DNA of 64,000 bases from Gnetum montanum (Eukaryota > Plantae > Gnetophyta), in contig MNCI01000808.1 in NCBI GenBank assembly GCA_015680685.1, positions 891,026 through 955,025 on the forward strand, read 5' to 3'. A program made the position numbers and the translations under genes. Below, piece by piece: positions 13,001 through 24,943 of this stretch. The notes beneath the pieces were generated by a model that saw only the letters and a list, made by a program, of their open reading frames with translations, was not told the origin of the DNA and did not search any database. Each line of letters begins with the position of its first letter. Position 1 is the first letter of the stretch.

Positions 13001-13649
13001 CCCTCGAATAAAAAGGATGTTGGGCTCCTAAAAGGAAAGGCATGAATGCATGAGGAAGGGGCTTGTATGGACTTGGTAGGGCCCTCCACCAGGGCTATAG
13101 CCATCATCTTGCATTAGCAAGAAAAAAGATCGCAGCCGGATGTTGGTGAGTTTGGCGATACGTCTATCTTGTTGTAATCCATTTTTTCCATTTTTGATAA
13201 GCTTAGTCATGTAACAGATGCTACTACTGATGTTGTGGGACCCTCTCCTATTCATGCAGATTCATAGGCTATGAATGCGGATTCATATTATGGACGACTG
13301 TGGACTGTGAATGCTGAACCTAGCGACAGGTGTTGGATGGACATCACGATAGAGGAGATCTGGCATCACCTCAGGCTCGATCTAGACCAAATACCTCTTG
13401 AGACCGATGCAGGCCTTTCTCAAGTTAGTTGCTTTGCTATGTAGATGTAGATGCTTATGCTACGTTGTAGTTTGCATTTGAAACATAACTCATTACTTCA
13501 TTCTTATGATGTAGACTCTAAACGAGGGTGCAAGGTTTGTAACGGGACGGAATGAAGAACTCGTGGAAGGCAAGATAGGGGAGGATGGCACATAGGTAGC
13601 TTAAGCGGAGGTGAATGACGAAGGTGATGTAAATAAAGACAATCCATGA
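10100..13649 (+). pseudogene. Antisense accessory gene, copy 2 (exons ~10100-10209, 10734-11183, 11266-11546, 11644-12695, 12825-13145, 13218-13423 with internal deletion, 13515-13649): FCP1/NIF-like + PMD-like
   Basis: RLIVLDIRGVLCH, WFRDGT*DFLQFFLEYFSVIIWSS, LKHLA*I*, YNTLFL, FQNP; FNSFSERARCFHM..IEINDQLFIDIFGVPTDG, YNWASFLCKGL, IGCL; LRRKRPPP; start codon mutated to ATC; coiled-coil exon mostly deleted. Confidence 0.85.
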
Positions 13650-13799
13650 TAACATGAGATTTTCTTTTGAAATTTTTGAAATGTTGAAATTTTGTAAAAG
13701 TTTCGCAAACATTGCCAACAGGTGAAAGTTTTGAATAACATGAAAACCTTTAGAAAAGAAACTAATTTTGCATTTACTTGAATATCACGTAAAGATTTC

Positions 13800-14400
13800 A
13801 TGCTTTCGTATGCTAGTTTTAGGCCATTTTGGGCCATTGCTATTTTTACACCATTGCGGGCCATTGCGTAACATGCTAAAAGGATTATATGTTAATGAAG
13901 TGAAAAGCAACCATGCTAGTTTTAGGCCATTTTGGGCCATTGCCAAAAGAGATGGTGCATTACCAAAGAAAAAACGATGATGCTAGCTTTAGGCCATTTC
14001 AGGCCATTTCCAAAAGAGATGACGCATTACCAAAGAAAAAACGATGATGCTAATTTTAGGTCATTTCGGGCCGTTGCCATTTTTAGGCCATTTCAGGCCA
14101 TTGCGTAACATGCCATAAGGATTATATGTTAATGAAGAAAAAAAAAACCATGCTAGTTTTATGCCATTTTGGGCCACTGCCAAAAGAGATGGTGCATTAC
14201 CAAAGCAAAAACGATGATGCTAGTTTTAGGCCATTTTGGGACATTGCGTAACATGCTAGAAGGATTATATGTTAACGAAGAGAAAATAAACCATGCTAGT
14301 TTTAGGCCATTTTGGGCCATTGCCAAAAGAGATGGTGTGTTACCAAAGCAAAAATGATGATGCTTGTTTTAGGCCATTTTGGGCCTTAGTGTAGCATGGC
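13800..14400 (-). repeat. Post gag-PR array; core GGCC-N6-GGCC-TA-AAACTAGC organised in higher-order units
   Basis: tgctagttttaggccatttt/cgggcc repeated about 10 times with recurring intervening blocks. Confidence 0.9.
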
Positions 14401-14477
14401 AGAAGGAAGAGATGTTATCAAAGCGAAAGGCAGTGAATGCACAAGGGATGGTAGCCGAGCAGGAAGCAATAGGATTG

Positions 14478-17400
14478 CTACGCTATGCATAGGTGCTTCT
14501 TAACCTGTCGTGGGTTGGTTGGAGTGTAGAGCCGAGGTTTTTCACCAAGGCTCTAATTTACATCATCATCCTCTGCTTGGAAGGGTAACTCAACCCATGC
14601 ATTTTCGATTTGGGAGTTGGCTCCCTGGGCTAACCCCTCCATTGGGTGGTTAATGCATGCATGATCAGGTGCCTCATGCTTGGAGGTGGTGACCTCTGAG
14701 CCCTACTCCATGTCTACGTTACTGATTGCTTGCGTTGCTACCTCATCACCACGGATCATCACCTCCCTACCTACGTGTTGTAGGTGGAATTCCCAGTGTA
14801 TAGGTGAGGAGACAGCTCTAAGTTGCACTAACCATGATCTTCCCAAGTTCAAGTTAAACCCGGGCATTTCCTCGACCATGATGAATGTTTCCTCTATGGG
14901 GAACTGGTCCCCTGCTACGAAGTTTACATGAACTGTGCCCTTCACCAGGATGTGTGCCCCATTAAAGGACCTTAGAAATGACATTGTTGTGGGTTTGATC
15001 TGGTCGACCAATCCTAATTTATCTAAAATAGGAAAGGGAATGATGTTTGTGGTGGCCCCATCATCCATGTGTACCCTTCGGATCCGGTGTTGGCCGACCC
15101 AAATTATGATGAAGAGAGGTGCCATAGTCACCTGACCCCCTTCATGATCTTCCCTAATGGCATCATCATTGAAGGTCAATCGAGGTGTTCTAGACCCTGT
15201 GGGTACAGAGGGAAGCATAACCAAATGGATCACTTCCTCTTCCGCAGACATATTCTCATCAACCAGAATCGTCGTTTACATGCAGATTAGAGCCTCGCGG
15301 TGGGGTACAGATGTCATGATTAGGTCGTACAAGCTCAGCGTGATGTTTTTCTACTTTAGAACTTGCTAAGGGTGTCCATAAGGTCTTGGTCAACCCCTTG
15401 TTTGAAGATGAATCTCCTGAGGAGAGGTGACTTTGGATCTGGATTTAGATCCATGTCGGCAGAGTGATGCAGGCTACGTAGTCATGTCAACCTTCATCTT
15501 TGGGAGTGAAGCTACAGGTGCAAGGGACAAAGGTGGAGGCCTGGGAAGACCTTTGATGATACTCCCATTGGACATCTCATCCATCCAGTGTACTGCTCGC
15601 CTTGTGGGACGAGGAGGCTATTCAGCCTTGTTGCGCAAGGTAGGGGCTATCGAAGGTGTCAGGCCCCTGATGACAAATGGAGCTAAAGGCATTAACTGAT
15701 GGGGCCACGTGGCCCCACCAATAGGTGGCACAAAGACAGGTGCCCGTCGTGGGACTTTTAGGATGAAAAGTTGTTGCACATTTTGATTGGTCTCCCATGA
15801 TACCGGTGCACTACGTTGAGGCACACTGATCATGAATGGCTGCTAAGGTAACCTAAAGTGGTCATCGATGCCAATGGTGTTGATTGTGTAGCCAACATTG
15901 TTGGTGTTGAGGGGGTCTCTATAGACATACATAGACTAGTTTTTAGGGTGGATTAGATTGCTTTCATCAAGAACTAGTTTCCCTAGGTCGATTAATCTTT
16001 GGATGTCATCCTGCAATGATAGACAATAATCCGTGTTGTGGTCACACTGTTGGTGGTAATCACAAAACCTATCTAGTCTGAAACCCTTAGGAACTAGATG
16101 CTCATTTGGCAAGGCTAAAGAGAGATTCCTAAGGAGCTCATAGTATCATTGATGCCTTGCATTTTTCTCTTTTGACATCCACTTATGTTGGATGTATCCC
16201 GCTGCAAGAAGCTACCTCAGAAGCTCTAAAGGCTGTAGAGGTAGTGGGGTGTACTTTGAGTGGTCTTTGCACTCAAAGTTGGGTTTGGGTTATGCAGATG
16301 TCTCAGGTGTGGGTGTAGTAGATTACGACATGTGGCCCAATTTGGGTGCAGGGTTAGCCACTTGTGTGTCTAGTTTCTTACTATTCTTTCTACTATTGTT
16401 GCTAGGTTTTGGCTTGGCCTTAGTCGCCACAGTGGCCACCATGGTTGTTGGGGCTTTATCCTTTTCCTTCTTTGCGAAGGTGCTCTTGTAAGTGATGTAG
16501 GCTGGGTCTTTGCTTACCTCGGCTACATCCTGTAAGCTCTTAGTTTGGGCAAAAGCTTGACTAAGAGAGCGAGGAGCGAGGTAGTACAGTTTTCACTTGA
16601 TGAAGTCATTCACTACACCCTTAAAGATGGCTAGCAACTGGGCCTCCACGATGGGCTCGCAGATTTCATTAAGGGTTGCGCTCCAACGTTGAATAAAATT
16701 TTGGACTTGTTCTAGTGGGTCTTTCTTCACACTTATCAGCTAATCCAGTGTGCTTTTTAGCTTCAAGTTGTACTTGAAGTGTGTTACAAACTATGTCAGC
16801 AGCTCTTCCAAATTTGAAATGGATGAGTGTGGCAACGCATAGTACCAATCTAGAGCTTTCCCTGCTAGGGACATAGCGAAGACGTGAATGATCGTGTCCG
16901 ACCACTGTTGCAATAGCAAAGATTCAGATCTAAAATTGACGAGATGCACGTTAGGATCTCCCTTCCCATCGTACTTCATGAAGTATGGGAGAGACATCCC
17001 CAGGGGTAACGTCAAAGCAAGGATTGCAGGGTTGACGGGGTCATCTTGGTAAAAGTCCATAACTTGCATCGTGTCGAACCCAGCAGCTTTGAGGCATTTT
17101 ATTTCCTCAGTAAGGGTCTGGATGAGCTAAAATGCTTGGTCCAGACATGGCGTTGTAGATGGTTGAGGGGCTGCTGAGGTAGCTCCCACATGTGGCATGG
17201 CGGGGGTGATAGTGTGACCCATCGACGATACCACCAGGGTGACCCCTGTAAGCGGTGCAGCCTGTGTTGTCCACCACCTAGTAGGCAGTGTTGTTAGGGT
17301 AGTAACCGCTGGTTGGGCTGCTAGATGAACCCCTTGCATCGTTGGCAGCATAGAACATAGCCTTTGTGTTGGGTTGCGCATTCTGCGAGGCTTGGTGTGT

Positions 17401-17935
17401 TTGAGAGTGCACATAGTGAGACATATGCGATGGTTGTAGAATAGGCAAAGAAGCAACTAGGCCCACCATGTGGATGGGCTGGGACCCCTCCACAGTGGGT
17501 GGAACTAGCGTGAATGTAGGAATAGGGGTAGAAGTAGAAGTCATGTATGTTTGCAAAGTTGGTATGGTATGCACATGTGGCAGGGTAGCCATAATTAGCA
17601 TATGCTACCTTGCAAGGATCAACTGTTGAACAGTTTGCAATGGGATAGTAGTTGCAAACGGTACAGGAAAAATAGGCAAGAGTGAGCATTGAAACGCCAC
17701 GGGATTGGCGTGGCTACCCATAGTAGCTATAACTATAGGTTGTAGAAGCGTAGGCGTAATCAAAAAGGGAGTGGTAATAGAGCACGGCTTCGCCCAGAAG
17801 GACTAGGTAGGAGGAACAAGAGTAGGGCCAGTTGGACCTTCCTCATCCGATTGGGAATCTAGTTCCCCCTGGCTATCTTGGAAAGCATCATCTTGATTGG
17901 ATGTTATGTCTGGTTCCTCCCTAAGGCTAGCCAAC
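14478..17935 (-). pseudogene. gag: gag-protease ORF (second tandem copy), ending at a TAG stop conserved between copies
   Basis: KYDGKGDPNVHL (retrotransposon gag), RFCDYHQQCDHNTDYC knuckle, PR VHMDDGATTNII..NLNLGRSWL. Confidence 0.9.
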
Positions 17936-20900
17936 TCAGTCCATAAGTTTTCACTTAGGAGATCAACTTGTTGAGCTGACCCCTCTATCATGTAGTCAGT
18001 GTGGGTTGCCACAAGTTCTTTATTCTCAGAAGTTATGACTTCTGAGCCTTCTTCCATGCCTATCTGTGGATTTCTTGTGTTTCTACTTCATCATCATGGA
18101 TCACCACTTCTCTGCCTATGCAAGGAAGGTGGATCTCTTAGTGTATGGGCAAGGAGACAGCCCTAAGTTATGCTAACCATGATCTCCCCAAGATCAGGTT
18201 AAACTAGGGCATTTCCTTTACCATAATGAACGTTGCATCTATGGGGAACTATTCCCCTACTATGAAATTTATGTGAATGGTGCCCTTTACTATGACTCGC
18301 ATCCCATTGAACGACCTTGGGCATGCCATCGTTGTAGGCTTGATTTGGTTGATCAAGCCTAGCTTGTCTACAATGGGGAAGGGGATGACATTCATGGTAG
18401 CCCCATCATCAATGTGTATCCTTCGAATCTAGTGTTGACTAACCTGAATTCTGATGAACAGAGGTGACGTAGTCACCTAACCCTTCTCAAGGTCTTTCTT
18501 AATGGCATCGTCATGAAAGGTTAATTAAGGCTGTTTTTACCCTGCAAGTGCAAAGGGAAGCATGACCAAGTAGATCACTTACTCCTTTGCTAGCATGTAT
18601 TTGTTGACCAGAGTCATTGTCAACATGCAGATCAGAGCCTCGTGATGTGGAGAAGATGTCATGATCAAGTTGTACAAGCTTAGAGTAGTGTTTTTTTGTT
18701 TTAGAGCTTATTTGACCTATGTGAGGGCATCTAAGAGATCTTGGCCACCCCCTGGTTTGTTGATGCTTTCCTCCTCTTCTATATGTCCCAGAAGACAAAT
18801 TTCTTGAGGAGAGGCGACTTTAGATCTAGGCTCAGATCCTTGTTGGGAGAGCGATGCAGATAGCATGGTTGTGTTAACCTTTGTCTTTGTCACAAATGTA
18901 GGAAGTGAGGACATAGGCTTGGAAGTGCCTGGGGTGGTACCCCCATTAGACATTTCGCCTGCTAAGTGGACTTCTCGCCTTGCGGGGTGAGAAGGTTGCT
19001 CAGCTTTTTCACATGAGACAAGGGCTGACGAGGACATCGTCCTCCTGATGACGAACAGAGCTAAAGGTGTTATCAGCTGGGACCGGGTGGCCCCACCAAC
19101 AGGTGGCACAAAAGTGGATGCCTGTGGTGGGACTTTTAGGATGAAAGGCTAGTGCACATTTTTATTAGTCGCCCGTGGTACTAGTGCACTACGCTGAGGC
19201 ACACGGATTACGAATGGATGCTAAGGTGGCCTAGGATCATTGTCGATGCCGATGGAATTGATTACGTAACTGACATTATTAGCATTGAGGGGGTTTGTGT
19301 AGACATACGCAGATTTGTTTTTGGGGAGAAATGGGTTGCTTTCGTCTAGAACCAGCTTCCCTTGGTCGATTAATCTTTGGATGTCGTCCTACAATGCCAA
19401 GCAGTAATCCATGTTGTGGCCACACTGTTGGTGGTAGTCACAAAACCTGTCTAGCCTGAAACCCTTAGGAATAGAAGGCTCATTGGGAAGGGCCAAAGAG
19501 GGGTTCCTAAGGAGTTTGCAATAGTGTTGATGTTTCATAGTTTATTCTTTCAACATTTTTTTGTGTTAGATGTATCCCACAAGGTGTTCTTGTAAGTGAT
19601 GTAGGCTGGGTCTTTGCTTGCCTCAACCATGTTTTGTATGCTCTTAGTCTGGGCGAAAGCCTGACTAAGAGGACAAGGAGCAAGGTAGTACAATTTGGAC
19701 TTGATGAACTCATTCACTGCGCCCTTAAAGACGGCTAGCAGGTGGGCCTCCATGATGGGCTCATGGATCTCGTTAAGGGTTTCACTCCAACACTAGATGA
19801 ATTTTTGGACTAGCTCTAGGGGATCTTACTTCATGCTCATCAGCTAGTTCAACATGGTTTCTATCTTCAAGTTGTACTTGAAGCACATCACTAACTAGGT
19901 TAGTAGCTCTTCCAAAGTTGAAATGGATGAGCATGGCAATGCATGGTAGCAATCCAATGCTTTCCTGGCTAGGGACATGGAAAATATGCGAATGATAGTG
20001 TGTGGCCATTACTGCAATAGTAGACACTCAGACCTAAAAGTGACAAGGTGCGCATTGGGATCTCCCTCCCCATCGTATTTTGTAAGATGCAGGAGAGACA
20101 TCCCTAGGGGTAGTATCAGAGCATGGATTGTAGGGCTGATAGGGTCATCCTGGTAGAAGTCCATGACTTGCACCATGTCAGACTTAGTAGCTTTGAGGCA
20201 TTTTATTTCCTTAGTGAGGGTCTGGATGAGTTGAAACGCTTGGTCCAGACTATGCGATGTTGTAGACGGTTGGGGTGCTGCGGAGGCCATGCCTGTAGGT
20301 GGTATGGCGAGGGTGGCTATGTGACCCATCAATGGTGCCGTTGGGACAACCCCTATGAGTGGTGCTACTTGTGTTGTCCACCACTTGGTAGGTGGTGTTG
20401 TGCACCACTCGGCAAGTGGTGTTGTTAATGCGACGATTACGGGTTGGGCTACTGGATAGACTACTTGTGTCACTAGCAGCGTGGACCATAGCCCCATGTT
20501 TGACTATGCCGATTACGAGGCTTGGTGTATTTGAGAGCGCACATAGTAAGACATTTGCGATGGTTGCAGAGTAGGTAAAGAAGCAAATGGGTCCCACCAT
20601 GTGGACGGGTCGGGGCCCACCACAATGGGTGGAATAGACATGAATGTAGGAATAGAGACAGAAGTCATGCATGTTTGTGAAGTTGATACGGTATGCATAT
20701 GTGGTAGGTTAGCCNGCGCATGTTTGTGAAGTTGATACGGTATGCATATGTGGTAGGTTAGCCATGGTTGACGTGTTATGTGCTACAGTAATAGACTGCT
20801 GAACAGCCTACAAAGGGATAGTAGTTGCAAATGGAACAGGAAAAATAGGCAAGAGCAAGCATTGAAACGCCGCAAGATTGGCATGGTTACCCATAGCAGC

Positions 20901-21446
20901 TGTAGTTGTAGCTTGCAGAAGCATAGGCATAATTACAAAGGGAGTAGTAATAGATGACAGCTTGGCCTAGAAGGATTTGGTAGGAAGGATAGGATCAGGG
21001 TCGATTGGACCTCCCTCATCCGATTAGGAATCAAGTTTCTCCTGTCCATCTTGGAAGGCATCATCTTGGTTGGATGTTATGTTCTATTGCTCCCCAAGCC
21101 TATCCAACTGTATTAATTGGTCCAAAAGCCTTTGGTATTCTTATGTTAAAGGTAAAGAAAGGCTAGGAGTAGGTACAAATGCCTTCCCGTTGCAATAAGT
21201 GAACTCGAAGCTACGTTTGTCCTCGAGTTCATGTATGTTAAAGGGTAGATTGGCCTGCACCTTCGCATAGAGGAAATTGTAATGCTCATGTTGTTGGGCC
21301 AATCCCTTAGGTCCTCAATTTTGGATTCTAAGAGATTGACACATTTCCGGCATTGGGTTCAGCAGTTTTTCGGCACCAGTAGTGCCTTGAACTGTGATGG
21401 GAACTTCAACGTTTTAGGTATGGGTAGTAGTAGTTGAAAAAGTCAT
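17936..21446 (-). pseudogene. gag: gag-protease ORF (first tandem copy; internal deletion near 19580)
   Basis: MTFSTTTT start at 21446; KYDGEGDPNAHL; CDYHQQCGHNMDYC; IDDGATMNVI. Confidence 0.9.
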
Positions 21447-21534
21447 TGCAAGCTGAGTAGTTTTACAAAAGGGCACAAAAAAATGCAAAAAGAACAAAAA
21501 TACTAAAAAGCAACAAAAAATAAAAGAAAAGGTT

Positions 21535-22040
21535 TTACGTCTTGCTGGATTCTCAAGGAACCGTCGAAGCGACCGATTTTTACCACACAAAGCGTAAATA
21601 ACTGCAAAAGGGTGTCATATTTACGCTAATGCGCGATGAGGTATAGAGCGCATGCAAGACTACCGTAAGATAAGCTTAAATAACTAGCAAAGGTTTTGGA
21701 TCTCACAGGGTCCCCAAGGGATCATTGAAGTGACTGATTTGTACCATGCATGATGGGGCACAGAACGCATGCAAGATCGTGAGGCAAGCAAGTTAACTAG
21801 CGAAAAAAAAGGCTTTATGTTTCGCAGGGCTCCAGGGGAACCGTCGAAGCAACCGACCTATACCACATGATACACTAATGCGTAATGAGGTATAGAGTGC
21901 ATGCAATACTATCGTCAAATAGGCTAGTAAACTGGCAATTGGAGGCCTTGTTTTCTATAGGGCTCCCGAGGAACTATCGAAGAGACCAATCTACACCGCA
22001 CAAAGTGGAAACAACCGTGAAAGGGTGTCACGTTTACGCT
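21535..22040 (-). repeat. 5' UTR repeat, four diverged units of about 120-170 bp
   Basis: ggaaccgtcgaagcgaccgat-like core near 21557, 21718, 21837 and 21970. Confidence 0.75.
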
Positions 22041-22104
22041 TATGTGAATCAAGGTGTAGAAGGCTCACAGAAATACCGTGACACATGGAAAAGGCACCAA
22101 AAGT

Positions 22105-22121
22105 CCCTCCTTCTAGTTCCA
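22105..22121 (-). other. Primer binding site, tRNA-Asn(GUU) type (degenerate)
   Basis: tggaactagaaggaggg, 6 nt after the LTR terminal CA; plant tRNA-Asn 3' end CCCTCCTTCTAGCGCCA. Confidence 0.8.
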
Positions 22122-22127
22122 AAAAAC

Positions 22128-23803
22128 TGTAGTGACCAAAAACATCAGCAGCTAGAAAATGCCGAGGGGTCAGCGGGCATGACAGTCTTGACCCCCTATC
22201 GGCGGAAGGGCCATGCTAGGTGTGTGTGCAGATATGGGGCATCCTAAATAGTCTTGTCGATCAGACAAGGACTTAATCGGTATCTCTATAGCCTTTTGCA
22301 ACATATAATTTGAAAATGAGGATAAAATGCGAAATAATTCTTGAAAGTAAATAAAATAGGAAATAATGAAACACGTAATAGTAAGCAGGAAAGAAAGTAA
22401 AATACAGTAGAAAAATACACCGCTCCAAAGCTACAAGTTTGCTCTATCAGGGTGGATATAGTTGGTTGCATAGTGTGACGAAGTGTAAAGATCTCGAGAG
22501 TAACTAGGGCGCACAGAGCAAGAAGGTTGTGCACTTGGGTGCAAACTTAGGCGCTGACAATGTGGGGTTTCTACCAAGGTGGTAGAAGGGGGGCAGAACA
22601 AAAGGTGAGCTGGAATGCTAATTGTTTGCATTGTCAAACAGAAAGCTTACAAAGATTGATGCTGCAATGCACCAGTAGGAGAAATTGAGTGCCAGGGAGG
22701 GGAAAAGTTGGCTACTTTTCAGAGAATTCGAAACCTGAGCCGGACCAGAAGCCGAGGAAGAAGTAGAAGAGAAAGCAAAGAGAGAGGGCCAAAGAGCTAG
22801 AAGCTAGAGTAATCGGAGAGGATCCTTGAATGTTGGTCATTGGTGTATTTATACGACTAAGGGCATGCAAAGGGGACGGTTCAAATGCCACATGCCCTAG
22901 GACTTCGTTGACTTCCTGGTGTCACACGTGCTAGTATGACCATTGGACATGCATGACCATTTTGACTGTGAGTCTGCAATGCTGCAACTATGAGCCTACC
23001 ACGCCGTAATTACACTGTCAACATCTGGAGACATGTGCCAATGGTCAAATTAGGTAAAGTGCATTGATGTCGCAAAACCACCCACATACTTTGCTATGTG
23101 TCATAGCATAGCACATTGTCCTGCGTTTCACCACACATATGCTACATGCTTGCTACACTATGCTACGCTATGTAGCGTAGCGTCTAGCCTTAGTCGTGAA
23201 AACTTGGCCAATCTACAAACCTTGCTTTCTACATTGGGGAACTTACAACCTTGTCGATTTTTCCCTTTGAGCTACCTTCTATCTCTTCTACAGGATTGCT
23301 ACGTGTTTCTATGCCATGTAGCTCAGCATAGAGTAGCAGCAGACATGGTCCGCCGCTTTCTAACAGAAAGGGACATTTGAAGGACTTGATGTTGCGTCGT
23401 GAAACTGGCTGTACGGTTGTTGCTACGCTACACTATGCTATGTAGCGTAGCGTAGCATGGCACTCTACTTTGCAATTTTTTTCTAAAGCTTGCTACGCTA
23501 CATAGCGGGGAATAGGGTAGTGTAGTAGATTTCGTGACTTAGAAAATTTTCCAAACTATTTTGTGTATCCATAATGCTACTACCAACTCTGTGCATCATT
23601 TCTGACTAGGTTGTCAATGGGGCAGACTACTTGGGTGGATAGGCAGGGTGACCTGTAGAGCTTGTTCATGCCCAAAGTAGAAAATTTGCCAAACTGGCCA
23701 ACCTGAACTTAGAGCGTTCTCCTACTAATGAACTTCCATAACGGTGCACGAATTGCGATGCCTGGTGAAGCAAGAATGACCTTACAATTTTTGGGATGTT
23801 TCA
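22128..23803 (-). repeat. 5' LTR of copy 2 (about 1.68 kb)
   Basis: TGAAACATC...GGTCACTACA termini, followed by PBS. Confidence 0.9.
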
Positions 23804-23809
23804 CCAAAT

Positions 23810-24535
23810 ATGCATTTTTTTGGGTTTAGTCATAGGTTTTGCCTTAGACATTGTTTGAGGATCAACTCTAGGTCCTCTGGGTGATTCTCTGACTTCTTAG
23901 ATTTAACAGCTATGTCATCTACGTAGTCGTTCAATCTCTCTAAGAGGTAATCACTAAAGATATACGTCATGGCACATTAATAAGTTGCTCTAGTCTTTTT
24001 TTAGCCTGAAGGGCATCATGGTATAATAGAAAGTTCCCTAGGGGGTCATGAAAGTTGTAGTCAGTTGATGTTTTAGGTTAATATGAATTTTATTATACCC
24101 CAAAAACCCATCCATGAAGGATAGTAATGCATGGCCAGTTGTTGTATCGATAAGTTGGTTAATACCTGGCAATGGAAAATTATCTTTAATCATTGCCTTG
24201 TTCAGATTGCGAAAGTTTATACAAATGTGTATTCCTCCCGTTTTCTTAGAGACAATAATAATGTTTGATACCCAATCCGAATAATTAACCGTATGGATGG
24301 AACTAGCTTGATATAGCTTAGTGATTTCATCATGCACTGCCAACGCAATTTCAGGCTTGATCTTCCATGCTTTCTGTCTAACTGCTTTGATATTCAGGTC
24401 TAACATGATGTTGTGCTGTATTAGTTATGGTTCTAAACTTGGCATGTCTTCGTACGACCATGTGAACACCGTAATGTTATTTTGGAGCACTCGGGATATG
24501 CTGCATTGTGTTTGTTGGTCAAGGAGAGAACTAAC
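23810..24535 (-). pseudogene. Reverse transcriptase fragment of the same lineage
   Basis: SFMDGFLGYNKI, NDYVDDIAVKS; collinear with about 2890-3580. Confidence 0.9.
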
Positions 24536-24539
24536 ACTT

Positions 24540-24860
24540 TGTCTACACACTGCCATCAATCTGCATGCTGTAGACTTTGTCTACACGCTACCACCAATCT
24601 CCAAGCTATAGACTTTGTCTGCACGCTGTAGGCCCTGTCTACATGCTGCCACACTAATTTGCACACTATAGACTTGGTCTGCACACTGCCATACTAAGTT
24701 GCATGCTATAGAATTGGTCTGCACACTACCACCCTAAGTTACACGCTGTAGACTTTGTCTGCACGCTGCCACCTCAGCTTACACGCCGTGAGTAGTTTCT
24801 GTACGTTGGTCGTGGAAGCGTGTACGTTGGGATCTAGTCTGCATGCTGTGTAAACAAGTT
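24540..24860 (+). repeat. Tandem repeat of about 38 bp upstream of a gag
   Basis: ctgtagactttgtctgcacgctgccac-like unit, about 7-8 copies. Confidence 0.8.
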
Positions 24861-24943
24861 GCATGTTGCAAACTTAGGTGTACGTTGATAAGTATACCTA
24901 TTTTACATCCCTTCCACCATGTTATATTCAGAACCGTTTCATC

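Larger units (their letters stand above)
9305..23803 (-). mobile_element. Copy 2: 5' LTR, PBS, duplicated gag-PR, array, antisense gene, spacer (truncated before RT)
   Basis: Ordered component features listed below. Confidence 0.85.

Noticed and set aside
10100-13649. Interpretation as a tandemly duplicated host gene
   Set aside because: All four copies sit at the same position and orientation relative to the TE domains, so the gene moves with the element
20669-20764. Perfect ~46-bp tandem duplication
   Set aside because: It flanks a single N at 20715, so it is probably a contig-overlap artefact
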